DNA of 64,000 nucleotides, from NCBI GenBank assembly GCA_000997355.1, contig LCBS01000001.1:5191-69190 (forward strand). The letters are read 5' to 3'. This DNA is from a candidate division WWE3 bacterium GW2011_GWB1_41_6 (GTDB lineage: Bacteria > Patescibacteriota > WWE3 > UBA101185 > UBA10185). This document shows, piece by piece, positions 18,421 through 28,832 of the stretch. A program made the translations under genes and the position numbers. Positions within the stretch are counted from its first letter, which is position 1, and each line of letters opens with the position of its first letter. The notes under the pieces were generated by a model. The model was not told where the DNA came from. It made no database searches and saw nothing but the letters and a program-made list of their open reading frames with translations.

Positions 18421-19272
18421 ATGAAAAAATCCTGCCTAAAACTCCATAAATCGAAAAAGCCTGAGTTTATTTTTTTATACTCGCTTAGCATACCCATGAT
18501 TATACTTTTACTCATGTTGGTAACAGTAGGCGCATATACTTCATCGAAGAGTTTTATTAATTCTAGTACCACAGAAAATGGTCAGTTTGTTTTAGGTGAT
18601 GACGACGGGGAAAACGAAAAAGAGAAGACAGATGAGGATGACGACGGTGATAAAGAAGACGAAGATAAGTCCGATTCGGTTCTTGACATTGAAGACGAAG
18701 AGGAGGGAGATGATGAGGATGATGAAGGTGAATATCAAGAAGATAGAGAATTAAAAAACTACAAAATAAAAACAAAGACGAAAAGCGAGGAAAATGATGA
18801 AAAATTCGAATACGAGTATGAAATGGAATTGGAAGATGAGCAAAATAGCTTCAGTGCAAAGAATGAGAAATTCAAGCTACAAATTAAAATGGAAAATGGT
18901 GACAAGTTCAAATTAACATCATCGGGTGTCGGAGTTCTATCAAACCTTCCCATTGAAATAGATGAAGAATCAGGTAATGTATATGCTGTCACCTCAAACG
19001 GACGGATACAAATCGGAATCTTACCAGATCAGCTTATGCAAATAGTATCGTCTGACACAGACCTTCAAAATGTATCCGAGATGCAGCTAGAGTACAAAGA
19101 TTCATCTGGTAACAAGATCGAATATAAACTTAAAGGTGAAAAAGATTCCAGAGTTCTTGGGTTTATAAAAGTAAAACTGCCGGTAACGGCAACTTACGAC
19201 CCTACAACCGGTGAATTGACAGGCACCCAACAAACCTGGTTGACGAAAATTCTCGATCTACTGAGCTTTTAG
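18421..19272 (+). CDS. Membrane-anchored protein with acidic tract; paralog of 28833..29924
   Basis: TM, VLG motif, D/E tract, conserved C-terminal domain ending LLSF. Confidence 0.7.
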   Translation: MKKSCLKLHKSKKPEFIFLYSLSIPMIILLLMLVTVGAYTSSKSFINSSTTENGQFVLGDDDGENEKEKTDEDDDGDKEDEDKSDSVLDIEDEEEGDDEDDEGEYQEDRELKNYKIKTKTKSEENDEKFEYEYEMELEDEQNSFSAKNEKFKLQIKMENGDKFKLTSSGVGVLSNLPIEIDEESGNVYAVTSNGRIQIGILPDQLMQIVSSDTDLQNVSEMQLEYKDSSGNKIEYKLKGEKDSRVLGFIKVKLPVTATYDPTTGELTGTQQTWLTKILDLLSF

Positions 19273-19346
19273 ATAGACTTCGTAAATCTTTCAATAAAGT
19301 AAATATTCAAGTAATATTTAGGTAGCCAGAAATTCCGGAACTGCCT

Positions 19347-21146
19347 ATGAAAATAATTAAACGCAAGGATGCATCGCAACCAGTATCAGATATTCCCGCT
19401 GCAGATACCTCTATTTCTGAAGAAACCCCTATCTCAACGATTGCCGGTATTGCTGAGGACATAACATCAAAACCTCCTGATCTAAAAGAAGTTCTTATAA
19501 AAGGAAGTTACCTCACGGAAGAAGATATCAAAAAAGCCGAGCAAAACGCGGCAGGACGCGACCGTCCTTTGGAAGAGCATCTGCTATCGGAAGGTCTGAT
19601 CACAAGAGAACTATTGAGCCAGGCTATGGCTGAAGCGTATGGAGTTCCTTACGCAGATATCGCAGCCAAGACTCCATCCGCCGAAATGGTAACGCGCATT
19701 CCCGAGGAAACTGCCAGACAGTTCCATGTGGTGTTATATAAGGAAGAGGACGCACATATCACAGTGGCGACGGATAATCCCAAACAACAAGAACTGATAA
19801 ATAAAATGAACGTACTATTTCCCGGAAAGAGTGTTGATTTTGCTTATGCATCTGAAACGGATATCGAAAGCTTGTACATACATTACCGCAAGCCTCTGGA
19901 AACAAGGTTTGCCGAAATTATAAAATCCGGGAACAAGATCGCCCCTGAGATCATAAAGGAAATTTTTAAGGACGCGCTGTCTTTCCACGCTTCGGATATC
20001 CATTTTGAACCGCACACGGCTGAAGTTGCCATCAGATTTAGAGTTGACGGAGTGCTTCACGAAGCAGGAACGTTACCAAAGGATCTGTATGAAAATATTT
20101 TGAATAGAGTAAAGGTGGAATCTCATCTCAGGATTGACGAACACTTGTCTCCTCAAGACGGGGCGATGAGATTTGATGCGAGTGAAAGTATCGTGGACAT
20201 GAGAGTCTCTATCATTCCTACTTTAAGCGGAGAAAAGATCGCTATACGGTTACTCGCTGAATATATTAAGGGCTTTACTTTATCAGATATTGGACTGTCC
20301 CCTGCCAATCAGAATATCCTTGCGAATGCGGCAAAAAAACCGTTCGGAATGATACTTGTAACGGGACCTACAGGTTCCGGAAAAACCACAACTTTATATG
20401 CATTGTTAAAAATGGTTCACAGACCTGAAGTCAACATCACAACAATCGAGGACCCGGTCGAATACAGGATCGAAGGAGTTAACCAAATCCAGGTAAACGA
20501 AGGAACGAACCTAAACTTTGCCAGGGGCTTGCGTTCTATCGTGCGTCAGGACCCTAACATTATTCTTGTCGGCGAAATAAGAGACACCGACACTGCAGAG
20601 ATAGCAGTCAACGCCGCGTTGACAGGACATTTGCTTTTATCAACTTTTCATGCAAATGACGCGGCAACCTCGATTCCCCGTTTGCTGGAAATGGGAGTTG
20701 AGCCGTTCTTGCTTGCATCAACACTTGAGGTAGTGATCGCCCAAAGACTTGTGAGAAAATTGTGCGAGAATTGTAGATATAGCACATCTATAAGCAAAAC
20801 AGAGTTTTCCGGAACTTACCCCAAAGCCACGTCTTATCTAAAAGAAAATGAGATTACCTTATATAAAGCTAAAGGCTGCACTTCCTGCAGTTTCACGGGA
20901 TTTAAAGGACGCACCGGTGTATTCGAATTTATTGACGTCACGCCTGAGATAGAACAGCTCATACTAAGCAATCCTTCTGCTCAGCAGATACGGGAAATGG
21001 CTGAAAAAGAAGGTAATGTGTCACTGTTCGAAGATGGTATGGAAAAAGTGAAAAGCGGCATAACAACAATTGATGAACTCTTACGTGTGGCAGCTCCTCC
21101 TGAAAAATATGAAAAACCGAAAACCAGAAGAAAAAACTCCCAATAA
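19347..21146 (+). CDS. pilB: Type IV pilus/T2SS assembly ATPase (PilB/GspE)
   Basis: ASDIHFEP, GPTGSGKTTT, TIEDPVE, RQDPNIILVGEIRD, AALTGH, two CxxC. Confidence 0.95.
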   Translation: MKIIKRKDASQPVSDIPAADTSISEETPISTIAGIAEDITSKPPDLKEVLIKGSYLTEEDIKKAEQNAAGRDRPLEEHLLSEGLITRELLSQAMAEAYGVPYADIAAKTPSAEMVTRIPEETARQFHVVLYKEEDAHITVATDNPKQQELINKMNVLFPGKSVDFAYASETDIESLYIHYRKPLETRFAEIIKSGNKIAPEIIKEIFKDALSFHASDIHFEPHTAEVAIRFRVDGVLHEAGTLPKDLYENILNRVKVESHLRIDEHLSPQDGAMRFDASESIVDMRVSIIPTLSGEKIAIRLLAEYIKGFTLSDIGLSPANQNILANAAKKPFGMILVTGPTGSGKTTTLYALLKMVHRPEVNITTIEDPVEYRIEGVNQIQVNEGTNLNFARGLRSIVRQDPNIILVGEIRDTDTAEIAVNAALTGHLLLSTFHANDAATSIPRLLEMGVEPFLLASTLEVVIAQRLVRKLCENCRYSTSISKTEFSGTYPKATSYLKENEITLYKAKGCTSCSFTGFKGRTGVFEFIDVTPEIEQLILSNPSAQQIREMAEKEGNVSLFEDGMEKVKSGITTIDELLRVAAPPEKYEKPKTRRKNSQ

Positions 21147-22557
21147 CACGATGAAGGTCGGATTCTTCCTTGCTTTAAGTACTAAAAAGGAAAAAGGATC
21201 ATTCATCGAAAACCTTGCTATGCTCCTTACTTCAGGCATAGACCTTGTATCCGCTTTTGACACTATTGCTACGGAAACAAGATCAGCCGGTATGAAAAAG
21301 GTCGTTAATTTTATGAAGGAGGAGATCGAAGGTGGGTCTTCACTATCCAACGCCATGGACGCATCCCGCATCTTTTCCCCGCATATAATCTCACTTGTCC
21401 AGCTTGGCGAGCAATCCGGAAAATTGATCGAGAACCTTAACGCAATCGTCACTCAACAGCAAAAAGAGCAAGCTTTAAAAGCAAAGATCAGCTCGGCAAT
21501 GATGTACCCGGTATTTGTGCTGGGGCTTATGGTCGTAGTTTCGATAGGCATAGCGTGGTTCATACTTCCACGCTTATCTTCCGTTTTTAAGTCAGTCAAT
21601 AAGAAACTTCCTATCGTAACCAGAATTCTAATAGAAACAGGAAATTTCTTAGGAGAATACGGATATATAGTTATACCTGCTCTTCTTATTGCAATGACAC
21701 TACTTGTATATTTTGTTTTTATTTACCGCCGGACTAAATTCGTCGGGCAGTTCATTTTTCTGAATACTCCTATTATTAAAAGGCTTGTTCAGGAAGTGGA
21801 GATATCAAAATTCGGATATATTTTGGGAAATTTAATGTCCGCCGGATTGCCTGTTGTTACCTCACTTAGATCTCTGGCAGACATAACTTCAATAAATAGA
21901 TATAAAAGATTTTATTCATTCCTTGCCGATAAAGTTTCGGAGGGAAATTCGTTCCACAAGAGCTTTACTACATACAAAAATACTTCACAGATATTTCCCC
22001 TTCAAGTGCAGCAAATTCTATTTGCCTCGGAAAAATCGGGAAGACTTTCTGAAAGTCTTGTGAATATAGGAGAAAAATACGAGGAAAAGACTGAAAGTAC
22101 TTCAAAGAACCTCACCACACTGCTAGAACCTCTGTTGCTTGTAATAGTATGGTTCGGAGTTGGAACGGTTGCGCTTGCCGTTATCCTACCAATTTACAGT
22201 CTGGTAGGAAATCTTGGCGATACCCCTGATACCCAACCACCGGCTGCAAAAACCCGTGTGGTAAAAACCGCCGACCCATCCGTGGAAGTTCCGGAATCAA
22301 CTGAGTCTTCCGCAACGGAAGATGGCGTGGAAGTTCTCTTAACGGGAGACGATATAGTGGAGATATTGCCTACAGGCGTGGACTATCTAAACGTGAGAAA
22401 AGAACCATCAACAGGGGCGGAGATCCTTACCAGAGTAAAACCCGGAGAACGGTACAAGTATTTGGAAGAAATTACCGGCTGGACAAGGATCGAGCTTCCT
22501 GAGAACGGATCCGGCTGGGTATCAGCAAACTATGTGCGTAAATCAGATCAAGATTAA
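21109..22557 (+). CDS. pilC: PilC/GspF platform protein fused to a C-terminal SH3b-like domain
   Basis: GEQSGKL, AMMYP, LLEP repeats; C-terminal LNVRKEPST..GWTRI..GWVSANYV; exact start uncertain. Confidence 0.9.
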   Translation: MKNRKPEEKTPNNTMKVGFFLALSTKKEKGSFIENLAMLLTSGIDLVSAFDTIATETRSAGMKKVVNFMKEEIEGGSSLSNAMDASRIFSPHIISLVQLGEQSGKLIENLNAIVTQQQKEQALKAKISSAMMYPVFVLGLMVVVSIGIAWFILPRLSSVFKSVNKKLPIVTRILIETGNFLGEYGYIVIPALLIAMTLLVYFVFIYRRTKFVGQFIFLNTPIIKRLVQEVEISKFGYILGNLMSAGLPVVTSLRSLADITSINRYKRFYSFLADKVSEGNSFHKSFTTYKNTSQIFPLQVQQILFASEKSGRLSESLVNIGEKYEEKTESTSKNLTTLLEPLLLVIVWFGVGTVALAVILPIYSLVGNLGDTPDTQPPAAKTRVVKTADPSVEVPESTESSATEDGVEVLLTGDDIVEILPTGVDYLNVRKEPSTGAEILTRVKPGERYKYLEEITGWTRIELPENGSGWVSANYVRKSDQD

Positions 22558-22558
22558 A

Positions 22559-22996
22559 ATGCCGATAAAACCTAAAGGCTTCACCTTAATAGAAGTATTG
22601 TTATCTGTTGCTTTGATTGCGGTCTTGTTTGGTATATCTATACCTGTATTTAGCCCTGCATTATTAAAGAACGACCTTGAATCCTCGGCTGATCTTACAG
22701 TTCAGAGCCTAAGACGCGCACAGGTGTTATCACAGGCAGTGCAAAATGACTCACAATGGGGTATTAAGGTCCAAAACTACGGCGTTGTACTTTTCCGGGG
22801 TAATTCTTTTTCAGATCGTGATACTGCTTTTGACGAATTCACGGATTTTCCTACGAACATAGATATTAACGATACGGATGAGTTCGTTTTTGAAAAACTA
22901 ACGGGTAGAACGACCGGTCCGGGAAACATAACTCTGACGCTTAAGGAATATTCAAAAATTATAAGTGTAAATAGTATGGGGGCAGTAGAATATTGA
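22559..22996 (+). CDS. Minor pilin/pseudopilin (GspH/FimT-like)
   Basis: KG-FTLIE class III signal. Confidence 0.88.
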   Translation: MPIKPKGFTLIEVLLSVALIAVLFGISIPVFSPALLKNDLESSADLTVQSLRRAQVLSQAVQNDSQWGIKVQNYGVVLFRGNSFSDRDTAFDEFTDFPTNIDINDTDEFVFEKLTGRTTGPGNITLTLKEYSKIISVNSMGAVEY

Positions 22997-23622
22997 TGAA
23001 CAAAAGCGGCATAAATAGAAAAACGCATACTCAGGGGTTTTCGCTTGTTGAAATAATATTGGCAGTATCGATCCTGGCAATGAGTATTACTTTTACGGTC
23101 GGGGCAGTAATATTTGGGCAACAAAGTATGGCAATAGCGGCATCAAGAAACCGAGCTGTATTTATTGCTGAAGAAGGACTTGAAGCAGTCAGGAACATCC
23201 GCAATCGTAACTTTTCCAACCTTTCTTCCGGTACCTATGACGTTCAAATTAATAACAACCGGTGGCAACTTACAACCCCCGGAACACAAACCGATGGTTT
23301 CGCGCGCACTATAACCATAGATGACATAGACTCAGACAGGAAAAAGGTCACATCCGAAGTAGAGTGGCCACAAACACTGCAACGGACGGGCAAAGTCACC
23401 TTAGTCACCTATCTGACCAATAACCAGGATTCCACCGGCGATATAACTCCGGAACCGGCAAGTACTTGTGCGCAGTATTGCCAATCTATAGGCACTTATT
23501 CAACGGGAACATGCAGAGCTAATACTAACCAGTGCAGACAAAATACCGAAAAATACGAACCCGGAGGCGACACATTTTGTACCGGAGGACCATCAGCCGA
23601 CACGTGCTGCTGCAAACCATGA
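22996..23622 (+). CDS. Minor pilin (PilV-like) with Cys-rich C-terminal domain
   Basis: QG-FSLVE; AEEGLEAVR; 8-Cys tail. Confidence 0.88.
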   Translation: MNKSGINRKTHTQGFSLVEIILAVSILAMSITFTVGAVIFGQQSMAIAASRNRAVFIAEEGLEAVRNIRNRNFSNLSSGTYDVQINNNRWQLTTPGTQTDGFARTITIDDIDSDRKKVTSEVEWPQTLQRTGKVTLVTYLTNNQDSTGDITPEPASTCAQYCQSIGTYSTGTCRANTNQCRQNTEKYEPGGDTFCTGGPSADTCCCKP

Positions 23623-24146
23623 TAAGTTTAAATAGAAAAGTGAATAAGAGAACCGCAGGATTCACCATGGTGGAACTCATATTATATGTTGCAACTTTGG
23701 CTCTGCTGTTATCATCAATTTTCTCGGTTTACCAATTATACTTGCGCTCACAGATCAAAAACAACGTGATCCAGGAAGTTGAGCAGCAAGGCGCGCAGGT
23801 AATGCAGGTTTTAACTCAAACCATCAGGAACTCGGAAAATGTTAACAGCCCTAATGCGGAAAACAGTTCCGATACTTTAAGTTTAAATGTGGTGGATACT
23901 GCCAAGGACCCTACTGTAATTTCGGTGTCGGATGGAACGATATATATAAAAGAGGGCACGGAAGCACCTGTTGCGCTAACATCTCCAAAAATAAACGCGG
24001 GGAGTGTAATGTTCAGCAACTTATCCACAGGTTCCGAATACTCCGTTATAACTATCACTTATACATTAAACTTTAATTCCAATTCCGACAGAAATGAGTA
24101 TAACTTTGAAAGAAATTTTTACGGGAGTGCCGGTCTCAGGCACTGA
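23619..24146 (+). CDS. Minor pilin (PilW-like)
   Basis: AG-FTMVE; ATGA overlap with the previous gene. Confidence 0.85.
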   Translation: MISLNRKVNKRTAGFTMVELILYVATLALLLSSIFSVYQLYLRSQIKNNVIQEVEQQGAQVMQVLTQTIRNSENVNSPNAENSSDTLSLNVVDTAKDPTVISVSDGTIYIKEGTEAPVALTSPKINAGSVMFSNLSTGSEYSVITITYTLNFNSNSDRNEYNFERNFYGSAGLRH

Positions 24147-24152
24147 GAAATT

Positions 24153-24578
24153 ATGAAAGTTACAGGTGTTAAATATATATTTAAACAAAAAGGGCACATC
24201 ACGCTAATCGCCGTAATAACAGTTACAGCTCTGGGATCAGCTATTGCTCTATCTTTACTAATGTTAGGTCTGGGATATTCTAAGAATAGTTATGTCCTGG
24301 AACGGTCTTACCAGGCAAAAGCATTAGCTGACGCCTGTGCGGAAGAAGCTTTGCAAAAAATAAATGATTCCACAAGCTACGAGGGAAGCGGAAATCTAGC
24401 TGAGGGTAACGGTTCATGTACTTATACCGTTATCAAAGGAACAGGGCAAAACCGGGAAATAACTACCCGGGCAACCGTGAGCGATGCTATTGGTGAGGTC
24501 ACAAGAAAAGTGAACGTACGTGTGGACCAAACCAACCCACGCATAAATATTGCCGGCTGGGAAGAAACAGCAGATTGA
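24153..24578 (+). CDS. PilX-like minor pilin
   Basis: KG-HITLI without E5; QAKALADACAEEAL. Confidence 0.75.
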   Translation: MKVTGVKYIFKQKGHITLIAVITVTALGSAIALSLLMLGLGYSKNSYVLERSYQAKALADACAEEALQKINDSTSYEGSGNLAEGNGSCTYTVIKGTGQNREITTRATVSDAIGEVTRKVNVRVDQTNPRINIAGWEETAD

Positions 24579-24628
24579 AACTTAAGAAGCTCTTGTAATA
24601 AATACTGCTATGATAATATAATCTATCT

Positions 24629-25084
24629 ATGATAAAACCCTGCCTAAATCATAAACATTCCCAAGGATTCACATTACTGGAAATACTACTGGTTGTGGCA
24701 GCTATCGGGATATTGGCCGGTATTGTCATTGTTGCCGTAAACCCCGCAAAACAACTTGGACAGACAAAAAATGCTCAAAGGAAAAGTGACGTGAATACTA
24801 TATTAAACGCTGTTTACCAATATACGCTCGATAATAACGGCAACCTTCCACCAACCATCACTTCTACATCTACGGAAATCTGCAACACGGGAGGTACTTG
24901 CACAGGACTGATAGATCTTAGTGTACTTACTACGGACGAAGAGTATTTGGTCGCAATACCAAGAGACCCCAGCGCAGCAACTGTTGACGGTTCAGGATAC
25001 TATGTCCACCAATCAGCAAACGGGAGGATCACGGTATCCGCACCTAATGCTGAACTTGAAGAAATCATTTCCGTAACCCGTTAA
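24629..25084 (+). CDS. Type IV pilin (probable major pilin)
   Basis: QG-FTLLEILLVVAAIGILAG, QRKSD, IPRDP. Confidence 0.9.
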   Translation: MIKPCLNHKHSQGFTLLEILLVVAAIGILAGIVIVAVNPAKQLGQTKNAQRKSDVNTILNAVYQYTLDNNGNLPPTITSTSTEICNTGGTCTGLIDLSVLTTDEEYLVAIPRDPSAATVDGSGYYVHQSANGRITVSAPNAELEEIISVTR

Positions 25085-25142
25085 TACCGTCAAAGCCGGT
25101 TATTCTTTTTGTTTACCCATAACATTGATATAATTCTTGCAT

Positions 25143-25520
25143 ATGCCGGATACGACAAAAAAAATATTGATAGTTGAAGACGAAAAACCATTAGCAAAAG
25201 CCTTAGTACTTAAACTTACCAACTCAGGTTATCAGGCAAAAGCCGTTTATGACGGGGGTGAGGCTCTGGAAATTTTAAAACAGGAACATTTCGATCTAAT
25301 AATTCTTGATCTTATGATGCCCAAAAAAGACGGTTTTGCGGTTTTAAAGGAACTTCAGCCGCTAAGACTTAATACTAAGATCGTAGTAACTTCCAATCTC
25401 AGCCAGGAGGAGGATTTCAAAAAAGCCAAAGAGCTTGGAGCTACCGAGTTCTTTATTAAATCCGAGATCACCCTGGCGGAAATAGTACAGAATGTGAATA
25501 AGTTCCTAAACACTGCCTAA
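25143..25520 (+). CDS. Single-domain response regulator
   Basis: IVEDE, ILDLMMP, TSN, FIK. Confidence 0.92.
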   Translation: MPDTTKKILIVEDEKPLAKALVLKLTNSGYQAKAVYDGGEALEILKQEHFDLIILDLMMPKKDGFAVLKELQPLRLNTKIVVTSNLSQEEDFKKAKELGATEFFIKSEITLAEIVQNVNKFLNTA

Positions 25521-27850
25521 TGAAGATATCCACAAAAATCACACTGACCATTTTCTGGGGTGCGCTGATCACCATTGTCAGCATCATATTCTTTGTTTAT
25601 ACCTCAACCCGCAGTTCATTGGAGGAAATAATCGGATTCCAGCAGTTGGAATTAAGTAAACAAAAGATTAACGAGGTCACGTTATTCTTAAGTCAGAGGA
25701 ACGGTGATATCCAGGTATTTACCACGTTCGACAGGGTACGCAATGCCGCGATAACCCGGACTTATACAGGATTGGCGGAGGAACCGGCTCTATTGGAAGC
25801 ACGAAAAAGTCTTGTCGATGCAGCCAACATTTACGGGGAATGGAAACTCCTTCATCTTTTTGACCGCACCGGCAACATCATAACTACGACCGGAACCGGT
25901 GCATCCATACAGAACATTTCTACAATGGATCAAACTTATATAGACCAGTTTAACGAAACAGTAAAAGGAAACGTCACACACTCCGAAGCGTTCTATTCCA
26001 AAGAACTTGATCAGACAACAATGGTTTTCATGGCACCTGTAAGAACTTCCATTCCTGATGGTGAAGTGGTGGGAGTGGTTGCAGGTTACATTGACTGGGA
26101 AGCGATAATGGGACTCCTTTCTGATGTTACAGAATTCTTCACTCACATATACGACAGCACGGGAACAATGATCGCTACGAACACCTCCCAGCATACCAAA
26201 ACCCTTCTCCAGGCAAACTACTCGGACTATCCCGCGATAAAATCAGCCATGTCCGGAGAGGCAAGCTCTCAAGTAATGAAAAGTATCAGCGGTGATTATT
26301 TCTCAGTGGTGTCTTATATGCCTCAAACGGAGTACAACAATTATAAAGGCAATGGCTGGATACTAATTATGGATGTTCCGGTGACGGTTGCATATACCGC
26401 GGCCTATAAAACTGCGGCCAAAATTGCTGCTGTTGCTGTTCCTACGATACTTGCAACTTCTTTTGCGATTTTGTTCCTAATCTCAACACTACTTTATAAA
26501 CCTATGAGAACACTACTGGAAGCAGTTACAGCAATTTCTCAGGGTGACCTCACACGCCAGATAAAAGTCCGCTCAAAAGATGAGATCGGAGTTTTAGCCG
26601 GAGCGTTTAACAACATGACCACACAGCTACGTGAGATATGGCACACTCTTGAGCAGAAAGTTACGGAACGTACAGCCGCACTTGCCAACACACTTCATGA
26701 CGTTGAGGAACGGAATAACTGGCTGGAAGAAGCAAAGAAAAAAGATGAGGCTTTGTTGGAAAGTATCGGTGATGGTGTTATTGCAACGGATGAATCAGGA
26801 AAAGTTCTTGTTATAAACAAAGCTGCGCAGGAACAACTTGGATGGAAGGCAGATGAGATCGTCGGTAAGTCAGTCGTAAATTCTATACCGCTTGAAGATG
26901 AAAACGGAAAACTTGTTTCTCCTCAAGACAGGCCGATCCATAAAGCTCTCAAGTATGGGAAAAAGATCACAAATACCGGATTAGGGGCTGATGCTCTCTA
27001 TTATATAAGAAGAGACAGAACCAAGTTCCCTATTATGCTATCTGCAAGCCCGGTTATCTTAAATAAGAAGATATTCGGTACGATTATTGTTTTCCGCGAT
27101 GTGACAAAAGAAAAAGAAATTGACCGCATGAAGTCGGAATTCATTTCTCTGGCTTCCCATCAGTTACGCACTCCTCTATCAACCGTCAATTGGTATACGG
27201 AAATATTACTCGAGGGTGATGCCGGACATTTGACGGACGATCAGAAAAAATATCTGGATGAGATATATAAAGCAAACAGAAGAATGGTAGACCTTGTTAA
27301 TGCTCTATTGAACGTATCACGTATAGAAATGGGGACTTTCTTGATCGAACCGAAACCTACCTTCCTACCCGAGATTAGCAAGAACGTTATCGCTGAGGTT
27401 CAACCTCAGATAAACATGAAAAAACTGAAAGTCGAAGAGAAGTACGATCCGAACATTCCAGTTATCCAGGCAGACCCCAGGATAACTACGATCATATTCC
27501 AAAATCTGATAACCAACGCCGTAAAATACACGTCTGACGGTGGAAATATCACAATAGAAGTTTCAATGCAACCTGAAGAAAATTCCGTTCTTATCAAAGT
27601 ATCGGATACCGGTTACGGCATACCTCAGCACCAACAGGATAGGATATTCACAAAGTTGTTTAGAGCAGATAATGTCACTCAAAAAGAAACTGAAGGTACC
27701 GGACTTGGCCTGTACATAATAAAAAATATCCTCGAGTATACAGGCGGGAGTATCTGGTTCGAATCTGAAGAAAACAAAGGTACAACGTTCTTCGTTACCA
27801 TGCCTGTACAAGGCATGCAGAAAAAGGAAGGTTCGAAAGCACTAAGCTAG
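25520..27850 (+). CDS. Sensor histidine kinase (Cache-like, HAMP, PAS, HisKA, HATPase)
   Basis: Two TMs, DEIGVLAGAFNNM, SIGDGVIATD, SHQLRTP, NAVKY, DTGYGI, GTGLGL. Confidence 0.95.
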   Translation: MKISTKITLTIFWGALITIVSIIFFVYTSTRSSLEEIIGFQQLELSKQKINEVTLFLSQRNGDIQVFTTFDRVRNAAITRTYTGLAEEPALLEARKSLVDAANIYGEWKLLHLFDRTGNIITTTGTGASIQNISTMDQTYIDQFNETVKGNVTHSEAFYSKELDQTTMVFMAPVRTSIPDGEVVGVVAGYIDWEAIMGLLSDVTEFFTHIYDSTGTMIATNTSQHTKTLLQANYSDYPAIKSAMSGEASSQVMKSISGDYFSVVSYMPQTEYNNYKGNGWILIMDVPVTVAYTAAYKTAAKIAAVAVPTILATSFAILFLISTLLYKPMRTLLEAVTAISQGDLTRQIKVRSKDEIGVLAGAFNNMTTQLREIWHTLEQKVTERTAALANTLHDVEERNNWLEEAKKKDEALLESIGDGVIATDESGKVLVINKAAQEQLGWKADEIVGKSVVNSIPLEDENGKLVSPQDRPIHKALKYGKKITNTGLGADALYYIRRDRTKFPIMLSASPVILNKKIFGTIIVFRDVTKEKEIDRMKSEFISLASHQLRTPLSTVNWYTEILLEGDAGHLTDDQKKYLDEIYKANRRMVDLVNALLNVSRIEMGTFLIEPKPTFLPEISKNVIAEVQPQINMKKLKVEEKYDPNIPVIQADPRITTIIFQNLITNAVKYTSDGGNITIEVSMQPEENSVLIKVSDTGYGIPQHQQDRIFTKLFRADNVTQKETEGTGLGLYIIKNILEYTGGSIWFESEENKGTTFFVTMPVQGMQKKEGSKALS

Positions 27851-27891
27851 GTTTGTTGTTAAAATAACTTTATAGAGATAAATTAATAGCT

Positions 27892-28299
27892 ATGAACCAC
27901 ATCACAAAACAAAGAACAATACTCGCAATAGAAGATGAGAAACCACTACTGGATGCTATAAGAATCAGGCTTGAGAATATGGGTTTTAGAGCATTAACTG
28001 CACGTTCTATCGAGGAAGCAATTGGAAAATTACAAAGCGGTGAACGGGTAGATGCCATATGGCTGGACCACTACCTGATAGGGCAAGAGAACGGCCTGGA
28101 TCTGGTAGTAAAAATAAAAAGTACAGAAGACTGGAAAAATATTCCGGTATTCGTTGTCTCAAATACGGCAACAAATGAAAAGGTTCAGGCATATCTACAA
28201 TTAGGTATCCAAAAATATTACGTAAAATCCAACTTTAGGATGGAGGAAATTATAAAGGATATTGCTGGTTATTTGGAAAACCCGGAGGTTAGTGCCTGA
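27892..28299 (+). CDS. Single-domain response regulator
   Basis: IEDE, WLDHYL, VSN, YVK. Confidence 0.88.
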   Translation: MNHITKQRTILAIEDEKPLLDAIRIRLENMGFRALTARSIEEAIGKLQSGERVDAIWLDHYLIGQENGLDLVVKIKSTEDWKNIPVFVVSNTATNEKVQAYLQLGIQKYYVKSNFRMEEIIKDIAGYLENPEVSA

Positions 28300-28308
28300 G
28301 CTCAGTTC

Positions 28309-28713
28309 CTAAACTGCCAATTCATCTTCGGTCCGGATATTGAGAGCATTTTTGATCTTATCCACTAGCTCACTTACTTTCCAGTCGGTTTTCGTTAAAA
28401 AGTCTCTTACCCCGCTCTCCTCCGCAGCCACCACGGTTTCACCTGAACTTAGGTTTGTGAGAACGATTACGGGAACAGACTGCCCCCACTCATCTTTACG
28501 CAATTGCTTCAACATGGTAATCCCATCCATCTGAGGGATAATTATATCTAAAAGTATAAGGTCGGGATGTTTTTCGAGCGCAATCTGTAGCGCATCCTTT
28601 CCGTTATCGGCAAGGGTGGTATCAAATCCTTCGAACTGAAGTTTTGATGATAGCAGCTCTAACAGGGGTTTCTCATCTTCGATTATAAGTATGGTTTTTC
28701 CAAGTTTTTTCAT
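28309..28713 (-). CDS. Single-domain response regulator
   Basis: IEDE, LLDIIIP.MDG, LTN, LTK. Confidence 0.92.
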   Translation of the reverse strand: MKKLGKTILIIEDEKPLLELLSSKLQFEGFDTTLADNGKDALQIALEKHPDLILLDIIIPQMDGITMLKQLRKDEWGQSVPVIVLTNLSSGETVVAAEESGVRDFLTKTDWKVSELVDKIKNALNIRTEDELAV

Positions 28714-28832
28714 ATATCACAATAATATACGAACTCCATAATTTAGTAAATAAAATAAACGATAAAAAAAGTATTTACAAAATAGGGTGAACTAGCGCAT
28801 ACTTTTTTAAGTACCGATTTTTTATAAACACT

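Noticed and set aside
18595-18745. GAT/GAC/GAA-rich low-complexity DNA
   Set aside because: Explained by the encoded Asp/Glu tract; not an independent repeat element
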